Positions 47,417 to 52,543 of a stretch of DNA of 52,543 nucleotides are shown piece by piece (position 1 is the stretch's first letter; the number at the start of each line of letters is the position of its first letter). The translations under genes and the position numbers were made by a program. Below the pieces are notes generated by a model, which saw only the letters and a program-made list of their open reading frames with translations, made no database searches and was not told the origin of the DNA. The stretch covers positions 1 to 52,543 of IMG/VR virus record IMGVR_UViG_3300033145_003423; one strand, 5' to 3'. The DNA comes from a virus. Lineage: Duplodnaviria; Caudoviricetes.

Positions 47417-47608
47417 ATGGAGTATTGGAACAGTCTACTGTGCCAGCTCATCACAGGCCAACAGGACGACTTGAAGGCAATCATGTTAGAACAAATGTCC
47501 GACTACACAGCAGGAGAGATCGTTTTTGAAGAACTGACCATCGGAGAAATCGTTGGATGGTTGGTTGACAATCAAGCCGAAATTAAATCGGCTGGATTGA
47601 TTAAGTGA
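47417..47608 (+). CDS. Early hypothetical protein
   Basis: RBS AAGGAG. Confidence 0.55.
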   Translation: MEYWNSLLCQLITGQQDDLKAIMLEQMSDYTAGEIVFEELTIGEIVGWLVDNQAEIKSAGLIK

Positions 47609-47711
47609 GCTATAGCCGTCCTGCGGACAGCCAAAAGGAAAACAACGGCGAATGAAGAAGATAGGGAATAGGACCGCCGGCACAGCCGACAGAAGGAATG
47701 GAGGGAAAATC

Positions 47712-47924
47712 ATGAATTACACAGTAGAAATTACTTTTGAGGGAATGACAACGGATGAAATAACGGGCTTGACAAAGGCACAAGCAATCAAAACCGCAAA
47801 AATTAAAGCAGCGGAATCAGGCGAAGAATATCAGGTATTTGTTAGCTTTTTCCGCCCATCGGATGGGCAGCGCGGATATTTAAACCGCGATGGCAATCAT
47901 GAGATTACGGGCACTGCATGGTAG
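47712..47924 (+). CDS. Early hypothetical protein
   Basis: ATG at 47712 after GGAGG. Confidence 0.55.
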   Translation: MNYTVEITFEGMTTDEITGLTKAQAIKTAKIKAAESGEEYQVFVSFFRPSDGQRGYLNRDGNHEITGTAW

Positions 47925-47977
47925 CCGCACGTAGCCGCACTGACGAACTGTAAGACAGCGCACGGGATAAGCGCAAA

Positions 47978-48127
47978 TTACTTATCCCGTTCTATTTTCT
48001 CTTTTAAAGCTACAATAACATAATTGCTAAAACTTCTTATTTCCTTACTAGCAGCTATCTTACATTTATTGTGTAAATCTTTAGGAATGGTTATAAAAAC
48101 ACGAGTATTGTCCTCTGAAATAGCCAT
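47978..48127 (-). CDS. Ribbon-helix-helix protein, paralog of 41136-41279 (not in ORF track)
   Basis: MAISEDNTRVFITIPKDL...RSFSNYV; RBS GGAGGTG. Confidence 0.8.
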   Translation of the reverse strand: MAISEDNTRVFITIPKDLHNKCKIAASKEIRSFSNYVIVALKEKIERDK

Positions 48128-48173
48128 ATAAAATCACCTCCATTAAGTAAGTGTAACATGAAAGAAATGTATA

Positions 48174-48202
48174 TTGCAATGGTGTTACGCTAGTGATATA
48201 AT
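48174..48202 (+). promoter_or_regulatory. sigmaA promoter for HNH-HTH gene; palindromic -35 shared with divergent RHH promoter
   Basis: TTGCAA-17-TATAAT. Confidence 0.7.
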
Positions 48203-48223
48203 CATAAGCAGAGGTGATGCGAA

Positions 48224-48676
48224 ATGAATGCAAATCAAAAATGGCGCAAACAAAACCCCGAAAAGGTTAAAGCGCATTGGCAAGTAGAGGAAATGAAAAG
48301 GCGAGGTGAATTAACACCGCAACCGTGTGAAAAATGTGGCAGCACAGTAAGAATCCATGCTCATCATGACGATTATTCTAAACCAGCAGAAGTTAGGTGG
48401 TTATGCTCTAAATGCCATCGTCGGTTGCATGCATTACAGCAAGGGCAATATATAAACTCGAACATACCAGAAAAGCAAAAAGAATACTATCGTAGATATT
48501 ACAAGAAAGTTGTCGTCCGAAAATACCAGATTCCATTGGCACCTAAAAAAGAATTATTAGGCAATGCGGCACAAGAACTAAGGGAGCAAGGATTGTCTTA
48601 TAAAGAAATAGGTGAAAAAATAGGTGTTAGCAAGGGAACTGTTTATAAATGGTTAAATGACGTTAATTATAGTTAG
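48224..48676 (+). CDS. HNH-like Zn nuclease with C-terminal HTH
   Basis: CEKCG...AHHDDYSKP.EVRWLCxxCH...H; GLSYKEIGEKIGVSKGTVYKWL. Confidence 0.75.
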   Translation: MNANQKWRKQNPEKVKAHWQVEEMKRRGELTPQPCEKCGSTVRIHAHHDDYSKPAEVRWLCSKCHRRLHALQQGQYINSNIPEKQKEYYRRYYKKVVVRKYQIPLAPKKELLGNAAQELREQGLSYKEIGEKIGVSKGTVYKWLNDVNYS

Positions 48677-48754
48677 ACAGCGAAACCGGGGAAACCCGGT
48701 CGGCGGATGTAAACAACACCGGCTAGAGCCGGAGAAAAAAAGGAGGATAAATCA

Positions 48755-48979
48755 ATGAAAACTACTAGACAGGACATATTGGAAGAAACTCTGAAGAACT
48801 GCCACTCAGCGATGACACGCGGCGAAACTCAGGAATACACGGCCTCAGATGCAGATGGCGGCGCATTCTACACCATCACGCCTCAGCAGATGGCGAACTG
48901 GGACTACATCCGCGAAGAATGGGACCGGATGGATTTTCATCTCCTCGCAGGGGAAATCATGGAGAATTGCGGTTTTTAG
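48755..48979 (+). CDS. Early hypothetical protein
   Basis: RBS AGGAGG. Confidence 0.55.
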   Translation: MKTTRQDILEETLKNCHSAMTRGETQEYTASDADGGAFYTITPQQMANWDYIREEWDRMDFHLLAGEIMENCGF

Positions 48980-49045
48980 TTTTTAGTTTACCTGCCCCTT
49001 CGGGGGCGTAGGAAGCCGTAAAATCGGCAGAAAGGGGATAGAAAA

Positions 49046-49321
49046 ATGAAATTTGAGATATACGGACAGAGGTTTAGCGACGACGTTTTGGTGGCGGGGG
49101 AAAAAGAAGTCCCGAACCCTCAGTACGATGGGAAATGTATCCCGGTCATCAGTATCAGGAAGAATACCGGAGAGGTCATGGAAACCCGCCTGGAACCAGT
49201 CGATAGCGACTACTGGGCCAATGCTGATGTAGTTACTCACCCAGTTTATTCTTTCATCGTCCAGGAATTGGGCGGGGAAGAGAACATCACAGCGATGTTA
49301 GAGGTAATCATAGCCGACTAG
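49046..49321 (+). CDS. Early hypothetical protein
   Basis: Flanked by exact 21-bp direct repeats at 48994 and 49323. Confidence 0.55.
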   Translation: MKFEIYGQRFSDDVLVAGEKEVPNPQYDGKCIPVISIRKNTGEVMETRLEPVDSDYWANADVVTHPVYSFIVQELGGEENITAMLEVIIAD

Positions 49322-49377
49322 CGCCCCTTCGGGGGCGTAGGAATGGGTGGCGGCCTACACCGGAAGGAGTGGAGAAC

Positions 49378-49683
49378 ATGAAACTAAACATACTTTATAA
49401 AGGGTATGGAAACATACAGGCCCAAGCTGTTGGAACACCTGAAGAATTGGGAATGATTTTAGCCCGGGATATACAATCCCAGGCTAAAGGTCGAGTCCGG
49501 GAAGGCACGGTGGGATGGTATGCAAAAGAATACGCCCGCATCCTTCGTGAGGATGCAGAAAATCCCGCAAGCAATTGGATCACACTCGAAGGAGACGGAA
49601 TGCCCTTTGAAGTCGGAACCAATGCTGGGCAGTCAGTCAGCTATGAAGTTCCATTTATTATCTGCGATGTTATCGAAGAATAG
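49378..49683 (+). CDS. Early hypothetical protein
   Basis: RBS GGAG. Confidence 0.55.
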   Translation: MKLNILYKGYGNIQAQAVGTPEELGMILARDIQSQAKGRVREGTVGWYAKEYARILREDAENPASNWITLEGDGMPFEVGTNAGQSVSYEVPFIICDVIEE

Positions 49684-49765
49684 TTTCCTGCTCCAGCCCA
49701 TCACGGTGGGCTGTATGGAGGGAATTGTAGACGACAGCCCGGGAGGGCAGGAGGAGGAAATAAAT

Positions 49766-49990
49766 TTGGATAAATTGATTGCAGAAATTGAACGCGTAGT
49801 AGTGACCCATCCAAATCTGCAGGATGGAGAAATCTACACAGAGGACAAATCGAATGGAATGCATGTATTGGCCAAGACCAAGGGCGGCAAATTTGAGTTC
49901 TTGCCGATTGGCATCCTAGCGCCGGAAGGATGGTACCCAGATGCACGGACGTATGCAACGTCAGCGGGCATCGATACCCGAAACTGGTAG
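49766..49990 (+). CDS. Early hypothetical protein
   Basis: TTG after AGGAGG. Confidence 0.5.
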   Translation: MDKLIAEIERVVVTHPNLQDGEIYTEDKSNGMHVLAKTKGGKFEFLPIGILAPEGWYPDARTYATSAGIDTRNW

Positions 49991-50050
49991 TCGCCACCTC
50001 TCAGGGCATTGTGTAGTGCCCTGGTGGGTGTGGATTACAGGAAGGGAGGA

Positions 50051-50263
50051 ATGAAGATGGCAACATGTAAAAACCAGTGTTGCAATTACTGGAACACTCC
50101 AGATTGTGCGCTGAAAAATGGGGAAGCGAAAGAGCTGGAAAAGAAATGCTGCCCAGCTCAGCAGGTCATATGCGATGGCATGCCCAGAATAGAATGGGCA
50201 TACTGTCCCGAATGCGACGAGTACCAGGCCGAGGGCGGTACATGCGAGGACTGCCCATTGTAG
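50051..50263 (+). CDS. Cys-rich early hypothetical protein
   Basis: RBS GGAGG; many Cys. Confidence 0.5.
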   Translation: MKMATCKNQCCNYWNTPDCALKNGEAKELEKKCCPAQQVICDGMPRIEWAYCPECDEYQAEGGTCEDCPL

Positions 50264-50370
50264 ACAGCCAAGAGGCCGGGCCTCGACCGCCCGACCTCTC
50301 AGGAAATCCGGGGTAATTTGTATCTCAGTGAGTACATTTTACCTGAAAAAATGAAAGGGGTGTAAATTAA

Positions 50371-51624
50371 ATGCAGGTAACAACAGAGAGAGAATACATC
50401 TTAAACCTGGAAACCGGCAAAATCGAATTACATTTTGAAAAACAAGAATACCAGGCATTGCCGGAAGCCACTAAAAAGGAAATCAAAAGCGCTTTTATAT
50501 TTAGCGGTAAGCGGTCAGCCTGGGTAAGCAGGGCAAAAGAGCCTAATTTGTGGAGAGCGCACCGAATAGCAGCAAAATTAGGTTTTACTCAGGAACAGCG
50601 CACCGGCGAACGCCTCAGTTATGCAAAGCAGGTAGAACGCAAGGCAGAAAGAGCAGAAGCCCGCGCGGAAAGATACGAAGGGTACGCAGACAACGCCGAC
50701 AAACGGCGGGAGCACTTGCAGGCAGATTTTAACAAGCATCGCGGAGATATTGCTTTTGTGACTCAACCAAACATTAACAGCAACGGCGGGAGGGCCTTTA
50801 CCAACTATAGAAATAAGGTTATGAATCGGTATAGCAAAGGCTTTGAAGAATATCGCAAATCAGAATATTTCAAGGAGCGTGCGACAATTGCTCAGAACAC
50901 CGCAAACATGAAAAAATACCAGGACCGGGTATACCTGGACAATAGAATTCGGGAATGCGAAAAGAACCTTAAACAACTTACCGGGAACCTTGTTAGATAT
51001 GAAGAAATCCTGCACAGCCTGGAAAACGCTACAGATGATAGACCGAGCATTTACACCAATAACACCATCGAAGGCGTGCAAAAGTCTATAGAATACGTCC
51101 TGGAGCGCATGGAAACCGAAATAGATAAACAGGCATATATGGAAAACTGCCTTGATGAAATCGGCGGCATACAGTACAGCAAGGCAAACATTAAGCCGGG
51201 TTACATTGTGCAAATCAGAGGGAGCAGAGATTACCAGGTAATAAAAGCAAATCCTAAAACGGTTGACGCGCTACATATAGGCACAGGCATGACGTTGAAT
51301 TATAACTACTCAGAAATCCAGGATATTGTCAAAGCTGAAGAAGTGAAACCAAAAAACGAAACCGAGCAACACCCATACAAAGAAGGCGAGATTTTAGTAC
51401 ATTACAATTGCGGCGGCAATCGTGTAATTAGAGCCTATCAAGTTATCAAGCGCACAGCAAAAACTATACAGGTGCAGGAAGTAGAAATAGTTGATAATAT
51501 TCCTCAGCAGGGACAGTTTAAATCCGGGAGCAAGCCGCAACGTAAAAAACCAAGTATCAATAATTGGTCTGGAAATTGGGCAGTTTACGACGATGACTGG
51601 CAGCTATATAAATATACTGCATAG
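50371..51624 (+). CDS. DUF3560-like protein
   Basis: ERAEARAERY..YA..A...QP.I....R.....R...KSEYF.ERA pattern. Confidence 0.7.
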   Translation: MQVTTEREYILNLETGKIELHFEKQEYQALPEATKKEIKSAFIFSGKRSAWVSRAKEPNLWRAHRIAAKLGFTQEQRTGERLSYAKQVERKAERAEARAERYEGYADNADKRREHLQADFNKHRGDIAFVTQPNINSNGGRAFTNYRNKVMNRYSKGFEEYRKSEYFKERATIAQNTANMKKYQDRVYLDNRIRECEKNLKQLTGNLVRYEEILHSLENATDDRPSIYTNNTIEGVQKSIEYVLERMETEIDKQAYMENCLDEIGGIQYSKANIKPGYIVQIRGSRDYQVIKANPKTVDALHIGTGMTLNYNYSEIQDIVKAEEVKPKNETEQHPYKEGEILVHYNCGGNRVIRAYQVIKRTAKTIQVQEVEIVDNIPQQGQFKSGSKPQRKKPSINNWSGNWAVYDDDWQLYKYTA

Positions 51625-51668
51625 ACAACGAGCGCCGGGGTTAATTCCCCGGCAGGAAGGAGTACAAC

Positions 51669-51866
51669 ATGAAAAAAAGCCTATACTCCATCTTCAGTAA
51701 TGCCCGAGAGATACAAAAAATCGTCGGTGAGCCCTACATTTACATGCTCACCAAATCGCCGGAAATAGAGCACACAGAGCTTACCCGGGATGACGAATTT
51801 AGAGTGCTAGACCTCGGGTGTAAAGTAGTCGACGAGGTAAAGATGTTGTTGGAAAGGGGGAATTGA
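51669..51866 (+). CDS. Hypothetical protein
   Basis: RBS AAGGAG; overlaps recombinase start. Confidence 0.5.
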   Translation: MKKSLYSIFSNAREIQKIVGEPYIYMLTKSPEIEHTELTRDDEFRVLDLGCKVVDEVKMLLERGN

Positions 51867-52543
51867 TTGTGCAAATAGACCTCAGTACACTAACCCCGGC
51901 GGAACTTCTGGAGCTGTCAAAAAAGGCGCAGGAGCTGGCCGGGGAGAAGCCGAAGAAGAAGCGAAGGAAACACGCCCTGCCTAAAGCTCTTAGCGGAGCT
52001 GATATGGAAAAAATGCTCTCAGTGCCCAACCTTAGCACCAAATCGGGCTTAAAAAACCGGGTGATGCTGGAGGTCATGCGCGGGGCAGGTTTGCGCGTGT
52101 CCGAAGTCTGCAATCTCACCCCAGCGGACGTGGATATGGAAGGCGGCGATATATTCGTGCAAAATGGCAAATTTTCACGAGACAGACACATCCCGATAGG
52201 GCCCGACCTGATTGAGTGGCTTCAGCGATGGAATGCCATTCGTCCAGAATCAGAATGGTTTTTCTGCACATTTCAGGGTGGACAATTAAACCAGAGGCAG
52301 ATTCGAAGCATGTGTTATCGCATCTCAAAAAAGGCTAATGTGTCCGTGCAGGACGGACATAAGAAAAAGCCTGTTAGTCCCCATTGTTTGCGACACACAT
52401 ACGCCACAAACCTGCTGGAATCGGGAGCAGTAAACCTGCCCGAATTGATGCTACTCATGGGGCACGAGGATTTAGGGACTACACAAATTTACTTGCACGT
52501 AAGCAACCCGGCGTTGGCAGCGAAGATTAAGGCGTTGGGATAG
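51863..52543 (+). CDS. Tyrosine recombinase (catalytic domain only)
   Basis: GLRVSE, GK, HCLRH, GH, TQIY: full R-K-H-R-H-Y set in 226 aa. Confidence 0.9.
   Translation: MIVQIDLSTLTPAELLELSKKAQELAGEKPKKKRRKHALPKALSGADMEKMLSVPNLSTKSGLKNRVMLEVMRGAGLRVSEVCNLTPADVDMEGGDIFVQNGKFSRDRHIPIGPDLIEWLQRWNAIRPESEWFFCTFQGGQLNQRQIRSMCYRISKKANVSVQDGHKKKPVSPHCLRHTYATNLLESGAVNLPELMLLMGHEDLGTTQIYLHVSNPALAAKIKALG

Noticed and set aside
46690-51668. CRISPR array in the repeated intergenic hairpins
   Set aside because: Repeats are degenerate and separated by whole genes; no cas genes.
1-52543. Genome-wide stop-codon reassignment
   Set aside because: Long structural genes are intact in the standard code and the tRNA is an ordinary Gln(TTG), not a suppressor.

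Overview
A ~52.5 kb segment of a Firmicutes (Clostridia-like) dsDNA phage or prophage with a podovirus-type virion module. It starts at a start codon and ends at a stop codon, and no repressor or att site is visible, so it is probably trimmed or incomplete. There are three blocks. (1) 1-10.3 kb, + strand: replication, recombination and middle genes (DUF4373 initiator with iterons, C5 methyltransferase, RuvC-like resolvase, MazG-like, late activator, SSB). (2) 45.7 kb to 10.3 kb, - strand: late region with TerS, a ~7 kb accessory island (RepL-like gene, non-autonomous TnpB element, tRNA-Gln, tRNA-like RNA), TerL, portal, scaffold, capsid, tail and fibres, ejection proteins, two holins and an amidase. 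(3) 45.9-52.5 kb, + strand: early array of small genes behind a strong promoter with a boxA leader, ending in a catalytic-domain-only tyrosine recombinase. The most striking locus is the large terminase, encoded in three pieces. A 40-aa N-terminus is broken off by a stop/frameshift inside Walker A, the middle piece ends in an N-intein, and a separate C-intein/C-extein gene follows, with a free-standing HNH gene between the intein halves. A truncated TerL-ATPase paralog lies directly upstream. All family assignments come from motif recognition by eye; no searches were run.
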